From NCBI GenBank assembly GCA_005888465.1, contig VAYJ01000056.1:1-54066 (forward strand): DNA of 54,066 bases, given 5' to 3'. The notes under the pieces were generated by a model. It saw nothing but the letters and a program-made list of their open reading frames with translations. It was not told where the DNA came from and searched no databases. Position numbers and translations under genes: made by a program. Within the stretch, counting starts at the first letter, position 1. Each line of letters starts with the position of its first letter. Origin of the DNA: Actinomycetota bacterium. Lineage in GTDB: Bacteria > Actinomycetota > UBA4738. Positions 47,292-54,066 of the stretch are shown here, one piece after another.

Positions 47292-47601
47292 CCGGTACCT
47301 CGCGCCGCTGCAGGACGCGGCCGTGGACACGATGATCCTCGGCTGTACGCACTACCCGCTCCTGCGCGGCGCGATCCGTCACGTGATGGGCCCGGACGTC
47401 CTGCTCCTCAGCTCCGCCGACGAGACGGCGGCCGACGTCTACGACATCCTCGCGGCGAAAGGGCTGCTGTCGGAGGCCGTCGAGCGGCCCGTCCATCGCT
47501 TCGCCTCCTCGGGTGACCCCGAGCGGTTCGCGGCGCTCGGCCGCCGGTTCCTCGGCCCCGAGGTCGCGGGCGCCCTCCACGTCCCCTTCGACGAAGCGTG
47601 A
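46792..47601 (+). CDS. murI: glutamate racemase
   Basis: GVFDSGLGGLTV, VVACNSATS (Cys 1), ILGCTHYPLL (Cys 2). Full length, 269 aa. Confidence 0.93.
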   Translation: MSDPRPIGVFDSGLGGLTVVRAIMDDLPAEPIAYVGDTARFPYGPRPAEEIRRFAVQIAQYLLTLDVKLIVVACNSATSAALDQVTAAVPVPVVGVIEPAVRAAVRATRNRRVGLIGTEVTVSSGAYQRSFAESAPDVEMTARPCPRFVEFVERGDTTSVELLDEAHRYLAPLQDAAVDTMILGCTHYPLLRGAIRHVMGPDVLLLSSADETAADVYDILAAKGLLSEAVERPVHRFASSGDPERFAALGRRFLGPEVAGALHVPFDEA

Positions 47602-47605
47602 CGTC

Positions 47606-48340
47606 ATGGAGCTGACGGTCCTCGGCTCGGGCGGCGGGTGGGCGCTGGCGAACGGAGCCGCGTGCGGCTACCTCCTCCAGCATGACGGCTTCAACCTCTG
47701 GGTGGACGCGGGCACCGGGACGCTCGCGAACCTCCAGGCTCACGTCGCCATCCCGGACGTGGATGCCGTGGTCATCTCCCATCGCCACTTCGATCACTTC
47801 CTTGACCTGTATCCGTACTTCCTCGCCCGCTACTACCCGGTGCCGGACCGCCTGCCAAAACAGGACCTGTTCGCCCCGCCGGGGATGTTCGAGCACGCCC
47901 TGCAGCTCGAGCCCGAGCTCGCCGGAGCGTTCGACGCCCACGTCGTAGAGCTCGGGTCGGGGTTCGAGGTCGGGCCGTTCTCGATCCGCACCGCGCCGAT
48001 GCGCCATCCCGTGCCGACGCTCGGGATGCGGATCGAGGCCGACGGGACGGCGCTCGCGTACAGCGCGGACACGGGGCCGACCGAGGAGCTGGTGCGGCTC
48101 GCGACGGGGGCCGACCTGATGCTCTGCGAGGCGACGTGGCTCGCGGTGCCGCCAGCGGCGGGCCCGTTCCACCTCACGCCACCCGACGCCGGTGACCTGG
48201 CGGCCCGCGCCGGTGTGGGGCGGCTCGTCCTCACCCACATCTGGCCGACGAACGACCGTGAGGAGACCCGCGGGATGGCAGAAGCCGCCTTCGGCGGGCC
48301 GGTGGACGTGGCCGAGGTGGGGATGCGGGTGCAGCTGTGA
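47606..48340 (+). CDS. MBL-fold metallo-hydrolase
   Basis: VISHRHFDHFLD (HxHxDH), ELTVLGSGGG. Conserved position between murI and rph. Confidence 0.85.
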   Translation: MELTVLGSGGGWALANGAACGYLLQHDGFNLWVDAGTGTLANLQAHVAIPDVDAVVISHRHFDHFLDLYPYFLARYYPVPDRLPKQDLFAPPGMFEHALQLEPELAGAFDAHVVELGSGFEVGPFSIRTAPMRHPVPTLGMRIEADGTALAYSADTGPTEELVRLATGADLMLCEATWLAVPPAAGPFHLTPPDAGDLAARAGVGRLVLTHIWPTNDREETRGMAEAAFGGPVDVAEVGMRVQL

Positions 48341-49074
48341 GCGAGCCGGCGGCGCGCGGCGACGGCCGCGGCGCGCGCGAGCTGCGCCCGTTGCGGGTCG
48401 AGATGGGGTACCTCGAATGGGCCGAGGGCTCGGTGCTCCTGGAGATGGGCAAGACGCGGGTGCTCGTCTCCGCGTCGTACGAGCCTCGCGTGCCGCGGTT
48501 CCTCCAGGGAAGCGGATCCGGGTGGGTGACGGCGGAGTACGCGATGCTGCCGCGGGCCACGTCGGTGCGGACCCCGCGCGAGGTCCAGGCCGGACGGCCC
48601 TCGGGGCGCACGCAAGAGATCCAGCGGCTCGTCGGCCGCTCGCTTCGCGCCGTCACGGCGCTCGAACGGATGGGGGAGGGCACGATCACGATCGACTGCG
48701 ACGTCATCCAGGCCGATGGGGGTACCCGTACGGCCTCGATCACCGCGGGCTACCTGGCGCTCGCGCAGGCCGTGCACCGGCTCCAAGCCGACGGATCGGT
48801 GCCTGCCGACGTGCTCGTCGACTCCGTCGCCGCGGTGAGCACCGGCGTGGTGGGGGAGGACCTCCTCCTCGACCTCTGCTACGAAGAGGACGCGCGAGCC
48901 CAGGTCGACTTCAACGTCGTGATGACCGGCCGGGGCGACATGGTCGAGGTCCAGGGGACCGCCGAGGGAAAGCCCTTCTCGCGCCGGCAGCTCGACGACC
49001 TGGTCGGGCTCGCGGCCGAGGGCGTGCGCCGGCTCACGGAGTTCCAGCACGAGGTCCTGGACGGGGCCGGCTGA
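48337..49074 (+). CDS. rph: ribonuclease PH
   Basis: RPLRVEMGYLEWAEGSVL, GWVTAEYAMLPRAT, GRTQEIQRLVGRSLR, DCDVIQADGGTRTASITG-type motif. Confidence 0.93.
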   Translation: MSEPAARGDGRGARELRPLRVEMGYLEWAEGSVLLEMGKTRVLVSASYEPRVPRFLQGSGSGWVTAEYAMLPRATSVRTPREVQAGRPSGRTQEIQRLVGRSLRAVTALERMGEGTITIDCDVIQADGGTRTASITAGYLALAQAVHRLQADGSVPADVLVDSVAAVSTGVVGEDLLLDLCYEEDARAQVDFNVVMTGRGDMVEVQGTAEGKPFSRRQLDDLVGLAAEGVRRLTEFQHEVLDGAG

Positions 49075-49082
49075 CCAACAAG

Positions 49083-49676
49083 GTGTTCCCTGATCGGGTC
49101 GTCATCGCCACGCGGAACCCGGGCAAGGTCCGCGAGATCCTTCGCATCTGCGCGGACTGGCCGGTGGCATGGGTCACCTTCCAGGACGCATCGTGGCCCG
49201 ACGTCGAGGAGACGGGCGCGAGCTATCGGGAGAACGCGCTCCTCAAGGCACGCGCGGCGGCCGAGGCGGTCGGTGTCGCCGGGCTCGCCGACGACTCGGG
49301 GATCGAGGTCGATCTCCTGGACGGCGGTCCGGGGCTGCGGTCGGCGCGCTTCGCGGGCGAGGGTGCCTCCGACGAGGAGAACCTCCAACTCCTGATCGAG
49401 CGCGTCCGCGCATCGCCGCCGCCGGCGCGGACCGCTCGCTATCGATGCGTGGCGCTCCTCGCGATGCCCGCAGGCGAAGACGTGTGGGACGAGGAGACGT
49501 GCGAAGGCTCGCTCATCTTGGAGCCGCGCGGCACGGGCGGCTTCGGCTACGACCCGATCTTCTTGCCGTGGGGGGAGACAAAGACGATGGCGGAGCTGTC
49601 GCCGAGCGAGAAGGACCTGATCAGCCACCGGGGCAAGGCGTTCCGGGCGCTGGGCGCGGCGCTCAGGGGGATCTGA
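49083..49676 (+). CDS. rdgB: non-canonical purine NTP pyrophosphatase (RdgB/HAM1)
   Basis: VVIATRNPGKVREI, ETGASYRENALLKA, ADDSGIEVD.L.GGPG..SARF, GFGYDPIF, SHRGKAFRAL. Confidence 0.9.
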   Translation: MFPDRVVIATRNPGKVREILRICADWPVAWVTFQDASWPDVEETGASYRENALLKARAAAEAVGVAGLADDSGIEVDLLDGGPGLRSARFAGEGASDEENLQLLIERVRASPPPARTARYRCVALLAMPAGEDVWDEETCEGSLILEPRGTGGFGYDPIFLPWGETKTMAELSPSEKDLISHRGKAFRALGAALRGI

Positions 49677-50292
49677 TCTCGATCGTCCCTCGAGCCGTCG
49701 ACAGGCCGAACCCGCGCAGGCCCGGCCGGCCGTCGACGAACCGAACCGGCATGGCCTCACCGCCCAGCCACGCGACGAGCGCCGCCGGCTCGCACGCGAC
49801 CTCCAGCCACGCGATCCCGGGCGCGTCCACTGTGTGGTGGACGAACCCACGGCCGGGATGGGAGTCGGGCTCCACGTCCCACGAGATGAAGAAGGGACGC
49901 CACGGCGCGGCGAGTGCCGCCTCGAGGCCCGTCGACCGCCACCGAAGCTCGACGCCGTCGGGCCGGCGGCGGCTTCCCCCGCCGATGTCCAGGCCCAGCC
50001 GCAAGGCGGTGCCCTCCAGGTCGTCGGTCCCGACGCACCAGACGAGCGGCGCGTCGCCGGCCGACGAAACCTCGCCAACAGCTCGCCCCAGGTCGGTCGT
50101 CGCGGCCTTCGTGGGATCGAGGACCGCGATCAGCTCGACGTAGGTCGGGCCGAGCGGCACGATCCGGTTGCCCGTCCCCCACGCGGGGTGCACGCCGCCC
50201 GGAGCCGAGTCCAGGCCGAACCCCTCTCGCCACCGAATGGCCGCGGCGTCGAGGTCCTCGACCGCGACCACCACGTGATCGATCCAGTACAC
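49663..50292 (-). CDS. VOC/glyoxalase-like domain protein
   Basis: IDHVVVAVEDLDAAAIRW..GFGL, two beta-alpha-beta-beta-beta-like halves. Convergent 14-nt overlap with rdgB. Confidence 0.7.
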   Translation of the reverse strand: MYWIDHVVVAVEDLDAAAIRWREGFGLDSAPGGVHPAWGTGNRIVPLGPTYVELIAVLDPTKAATTDLGRAVGEVSSAGDAPLVWCVGTDDLEGTALRLGLDIGGGSRRRPDGVELRWRSTGLEAALAAPWRPFFISWDVEPDSHPGRGFVHHTVDAPGIAWLEVACEPAALVAWLGGEAMPVRFVDGRPGLRGFGLSTARGTIEIRSP

Positions 50293-50371
50293 GTCGGGTC
50301 CTCCTTCAACGAGTGCGGCTATGCTTCCGGGTCACCTCACCACCACCACGACGACGACCGGAGGATTCCAC

Positions 50372-52021
50372 ATGCAGGACGCCAACGCATCGGCCCGCGC
50401 GCTCGCCGATCGGTATTGGGAGGAGCTCCTCGGGCTCGAGCCGCTCATCGGCACGATGATCGGCGACGAGCGCTTCGACGACCGGCTGCCCGATCCGAGC
50501 GAGGAAGGCCTCGCGCACCGCGCCGACGTGCACCGCTCGGCGCTGTCGGAGCTCGAGGCATTCGACCGGAGCGGACTCGGCGAGACCGAGCGCACCACGC
50601 TCGCCACGATGGAGGCCATCGCGCGGCGAGACCTCGCGACGGTGGATCACCGCCTAGACCGCTTCGGCGCGGTCAACCATTTCTTCGGGCCCGGACAGCT
50701 GCTGGCCGACCTCGGCTCGTTGCAGCGCGCCGCCACACCGGAGGGCGTCGAGCGTTACCTCGAGCGCCTCCGGCGCATCCCGCGGTTCCTGGACGAGACC
50801 GGCCGGGTCGCCGAGGACGGGGCGCGCGTCGGGCAGACCATGCCGGGCCTCGTCGTCGACCGGACGATCGGGCAGGTCGAGCGCCTGATCGCGATGTCGC
50901 CCGCGGAGACGCCGGGCGTCGCCCCGATCCCCGAGGCCGACGCCGCGGGGCGCGAGCGTGCGGTCGAGGTCCTGCGCGACGAGGTGTGGCCCGCGTACCA
51001 GCGCTACCTCGAGGTGCTGCGCTCATACCGCCCGCTCGCGACCGACACGATCGGCCGGTACGCGCTGCCGAACGGCGACGCCATCTACGCCGCGGAGATC
51101 CTGGGGTTCACGACGCTCGTGCTCGACCCCAAGGAGGTCCACGAGATCGGCGTCCGCGACCTCGCCGGCATCCAGGAGGAGCGCATGGCCATCGCCACGG
51201 CCCTCGGCTTTCCGGACCCCGAGAGGGCCGAGGCGGCGCACACCGCGAGCGGCAAGAACCTCGCCGCCACCCGCGAGGAATTGGTGGAGCTCGTTCGCGG
51301 GCAGGTCCAGCGCAGCTGGGACGCGGCGCGCCGATGGTTCGGGCGCGTGCCGACGGAGAACTGCGAGGTCCGCGAGATCGAGCCCTTCCGCGAGAAGGAC
51401 ATGGCCGGCGCGTTCTACCAGCCCGGGACGGGCGACGGCGGGCGCAAGGGCATCTACTTCGTCAACTGCTACGACCTGCCGAACCGGCCGCTGCACCACA
51501 TCGCCACGATGACCTATCACGAGGCGAACCCGGGCCACCACTTCCAGATCTCGATCGAGCAGGAATTCACCGACCGCCCCGCGCTCCGACGGTTCGGCGG
51601 GATCTTCGCCGGGAGCTCGTTCGCCGAAGGCTGGGGCCTGTACAGCGAGCGGCTCGCGGACGAGATGGGCTTGTTCCTCGACGAGTACGAGCGCATGGGG
51701 ATGCTCGAGGCGCAGGCGTGGCGCGCGTGTCGGCTGATCGTCGACACGGGGATCCACGCCCTGCAGTGGGATCGTGACCGGTCGATCGCGCAGATGGTCG
51801 CCGGCGGCGTGCCGCCGGTCGACGCCGCGATCGAAGTCGACCGGTACATCGCGATGCCCGGCCAGGCGCTCGCCTACAAGATCGGACAGTTCGAGATCGA
51901 GAAGTGGCGCGCCGCGGCTGCGGCCAAGCAGGGCGACGCCTTCTCCCTGCCGGCGTTCCACGACCGGCTGCTGGAGCTCGGTTCCCTCCCCCTGCCGGCG
52001 TTGCAGGCTGAGATGGCGTAG
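50372..52021 (+). CDS. DUF885-family protein (putative metallopeptidase-like)
   Basis: YHEANPGHHFQ, GWGLYSERLADEMG, IVDTGIH, YIAMPGQALAYKIG. GGAGGA Shine-Dalgarno 6 nt upstream of ATG. Confidence 0.8.
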   Translation: MQDANASARALADRYWEELLGLEPLIGTMIGDERFDDRLPDPSEEGLAHRADVHRSALSELEAFDRSGLGETERTTLATMEAIARRDLATVDHRLDRFGAVNHFFGPGQLLADLGSLQRAATPEGVERYLERLRRIPRFLDETGRVAEDGARVGQTMPGLVVDRTIGQVERLIAMSPAETPGVAPIPEADAAGRERAVEVLRDEVWPAYQRYLEVLRSYRPLATDTIGRYALPNGDAIYAAEILGFTTLVLDPKEVHEIGVRDLAGIQEERMAIATALGFPDPERAEAAHTASGKNLAATREELVELVRGQVQRSWDAARRWFGRVPTENCEVREIEPFREKDMAGAFYQPGTGDGGRKGIYFVNCYDLPNRPLHHIATMTYHEANPGHHFQISIEQEFTDRPALRRFGGIFAGSSFAEGWGLYSERLADEMGLFLDEYERMGMLEAQAWRACRLIVDTGIHALQWDRDRSIAQMVAGGVPPVDAAIEVDRYIAMPGQALAYKIGQFEIEKWRAAAAAKQGDAFSLPAFHDRLLELGSLPLPALQAEMA

Positions 52022-52092
52022 GCCCAAGAGCCGAGACAGCTCTCGACCATTGGCCGTGTGCGGCCGTCCCCCGCGTCCGGATACTCGAATGC

Positions 52093-52496
52093 GTGAAGGG
52101 GGATCCCACCGCGTGGGGGCCCAGGGTTCTGTTGGTTGAGGACAACGAAGAGAACCGCCGGCTCCTTCGCGAGGTGCTGAGCGCGTCAGGGGTGCAGGCG
52201 TCGAGCTCGCCATCGCCCTGGAGCCGGACGTCGTCCTCATGGATCTCCGCATGCCCGTAGTGGCCGGAACGGGGGCCACGCGGATGATCAAGCAGGCCTT
52301 GCCCTCCACGCAGGTGGTGATCCTGACCTCGTACGAGGGCGAGCTGCTGCAGCGAACGACCCAGATGTCGGGCGCGTACGCGTTCCTCGTCAAGGGGTGC
52401 CCGCCCGAAACCATCCGCAACGTCGTCTACCAAGCGTGGCGGTACAAGGTCGGGATGGAGCACCACGCGCGACTCCTCAAGGGCGACACTTCCTAA
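52093..52496 (+). pseudogene. single-domain response regulator (receiver) with frame break and a missing segment of about 10 residues near 52190-52197
   Basis: Frame 1: RVLLVEDNEENRRLLREVLSASG. Frame 2: GVELAIALEPDVVLMDLRMPVVAGTGATRMIK...VVILTSY...AFLVKG. The spacing from acidic pocket to phospho-Asp is about 10 residues shorter than in receivers. Span length is 3n+2. Confidence 0.7.
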
Positions 52497-52634
52497 GTTC
52501 CTAGCGCATGTCGGGTCGAGGAGATACCGACCTGACGGCCACTGCGGCTCTCTTCGATCACGGCTACTTCCACGATTTGACAATCGCTTGGGCTGGATCG
52601 AGATTGCTCCCGACGCACGAGGAAGGGAGACGCC

Positions 52635-53897
52635 ATGCAGTCGAGCAGGCACCGATCCACACGAGTGGCGGTCGGCGTGGGAGCCTTCATCCTGATCGCC
52701 GCGGCCTGCAGCAAGTCGTCGACGACGGGTTCCAACTCGTCGGGGGGTGCCAACGTCCCGCCTGGCATCAGCGTGAGCTCTTTCACGAGCGACATCGCCT
52801 TGACGATGTCGAAGTTCAAGTCGTTGACGGCATCGGCCACCAAGGGGAAGAACACGCTGCAGGTGGGAGTGATCCTGCCGGACACGACCTCCTCCACGCG
52901 ATACGTGGACTTCGACGCGCCACTCCTCAAGCAAGCCTTCGACGCCGCTGGGTACACGACCAGCCAGTACCGCATCGACAACGCCCAGGGGAGCGACGCA
53001 ACCGAGCTGAGCGACGCGACGGCCGATATCAACCAGGGCGCCAAGGTCTTGATCATGGACCCGCTGGACGGCCCGACCGGCGTGGCCATCGCGAAGCTGG
53101 CCCAGTCGAAGGGAGTCACCCTCATCAGCTACGACCGCGCGACCTTCCAGGGCACGAAGACGTATTACGTGAGCTTCGACAACGAGCAGGTCGGTGAGCT
53201 GATCGGGAACGGATTCGAGACCTGCGTCAGCGCTTGGGGAATCTCCAGCCCCAAGGTGTTCGTCCTCAACGGGGGAGAGGACACCGACCCGAACGCGATC
53301 TCGTTCGCCCAGGGATACAACAACATCGTGTGGGGCCAGAAGGAGAAGACGGTTGCCTCCGGCGCCACGAACGACAAGGGCTACACGCTTGTCGGGGAGA
53401 ACTTCGCCCCGGGGTGGAACAACACCCAGGGCGGAACGATCTTCCAGCAGGAGTACACCGCGCACCCGGAGATCAATGCCACGATTGAGGCCAACGACGG
53501 GCTCGCCAACTCCGTGATCACCGTCCTCAAGGGGGCGGGCGTCAAAGCCAAGAGCGTTCCCACCACCGGGCAGGACGCGACGCCTCAGGGGATGGCCTGG
53601 GTCCTCCAGGACTACCAGTGCGGCTCGGTGTACAAGCCCATCTACCTCGAGGCTCAGGACGCAGTGGCCCTGGCCACGATCCTGCTGGCCGGCGCGACGC
53701 CTCCGGCGGCACTCGTGAACGGCAGCACGGTCGACCCAGCCGACGCCAGCATCTCGGAGCCGGCATCGCTGCTGACCCCGGTGTGGGTGGACAAGACGAA
53801 CATGCAGCAGACGGTGGTGAAGGACGGGTTTGACACCGCCACGGCCATCTGCGCCATTGCGGGAGCGGACGTGTGCACGGCCAACGGCATCCAGTGA
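52635..53897 (+). CDS. sugar ABC transporter substrate-binding lipoprotein (PBP type I, xylose/ribose-binding-like)
   Basis: Lipobox FILIAAAC. LQVGVILPDTTSSTRY, KVLIMDP, TLISYDR, VFVLNGGEDTDPNA, TTGQDAT. GGAAGGGAGA Shine-Dalgarno. Confidence 0.82.
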   Translation: MQSSRHRSTRVAVGVGAFILIAAACSKSSTTGSNSSGGANVPPGISVSSFTSDIALTMSKFKSLTASATKGKNTLQVGVILPDTTSSTRYVDFDAPLLKQAFDAAGYTTSQYRIDNAQGSDATELSDATADINQGAKVLIMDPLDGPTGVAIAKLAQSKGVTLISYDRATFQGTKTYYVSFDNEQVGELIGNGFETCVSAWGISSPKVFVLNGGEDTDPNAISFAQGYNNIVWGQKEKTVASGATNDKGYTLVGENFAPGWNNTQGGTIFQQEYTAHPEINATIEANDGLANSVITVLKGAGVKAKSVPTTGQDATPQGMAWVLQDYQCGSVYKPIYLEAQDAVALATILLAGATPPAALVNGSTVDPADASISEPASLLTPVWVDKTNMQQTVVKDGFDTATAICAIAGADVCTANGIQ

Positions 53898-54066
53898 TCG
53901 CCTGAGGGCCGGTTCGCACATGATGCGTCACGGAATGCGTCGTCGGGATGGCCCAGGTCGGGTCGTCCCGGCGGGCGCTCCGGCCGGCGTCGACGAGGGC
54001 TAGGATCGATGGAGCGGGCATGCATACGGATCCCGAACACGTGGAGCCTCGAGGCGCTGCCGACGG

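Noticed and set aside
45062-47607. Three minus-strand ORFs, two with identical N-termini (MIARTTVRPPRPESNTPIGRG...), looking like a repeated gene family
   Set aside because: The identity simply mirrors the plus-strand tandem duplication. All three are antisense to cysM/murI and have shadow-ORF composition.
51567-53921. 784-aa ORF on the minus strand
   Set aside because: It is antisense to the DUF885 3' end, the receiver gene and the sugar-binding protein gene. Its Arg/Gly/Pro/Ala-rich translation has no motifs, as is typical of shadow ORFs in GC-rich DNA.
53898-54066. Start of a downstream ABC transporter gene at the window edge (ATG about 54020)
   Set aside because: There is too little sequence (under 50 nt) to support a call.

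Overview
Very GC-rich (about 70% by eye, not computed) chromosomal segment with Actinomycetota-type gene order and many 4-nt start/stop overlaps. The housekeeping backbone is: ahcY-mtnA; comF - structured RNA - hpf - response regulator - secA; a giant zinc-ribbon/cyclase/STAND-ATPase/TPR protein; prfB with the classical +1 frameshift site; ftsE-ftsX-smpB-ssrA (tmRNA); selD-JAMM-E1-sulfur carrier; and cysM-murI-MBL-rph-rdgB. Between ssrA and selD (16.3-34.7 kb) lies an accessory-looking block: a cellobiose-type ABC operon with LacI regulator and GH1 beta-glucosidase, chrB-chrA, HIT-like/BtpA, an Eis-like GNAT, a methyltransferase-CPBP-Kelch unit, and a decayed patch. Most notable observations: (1) selenophosphate synthetase is translationally coupled to a JAMM/E1/ubiquitin-like carrier set, and the carrier has a tail after its Gly-Gly. 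(2) A 757-bp tandem duplication, explained by a 13-nt microhomology, creates an in-frame murI'-'cysM chimeric ORF. (3) Internal deletions or frame breaks recur in otherwise well-conserved genes: secA, prfB (GGQ motif gone), GH1, the Kelch protein, an alpha/beta hydrolase, a CrtI-like oxidase and a response regulator. These are either assembly/consensus artefacts or real variants and need read-level checking. (4) A raiA-motif-like RNA lies between comF and hpf. (5) Odd TGGGTGCGAA iterons and (CCGA)n direct repeats flank a block of gene fragments. No CRISPR array, rRNA, tRNA, integrase or transposase was recognised. All calls come from reading the sequence and ORF translations and from remembered family motifs. 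No searches were run.
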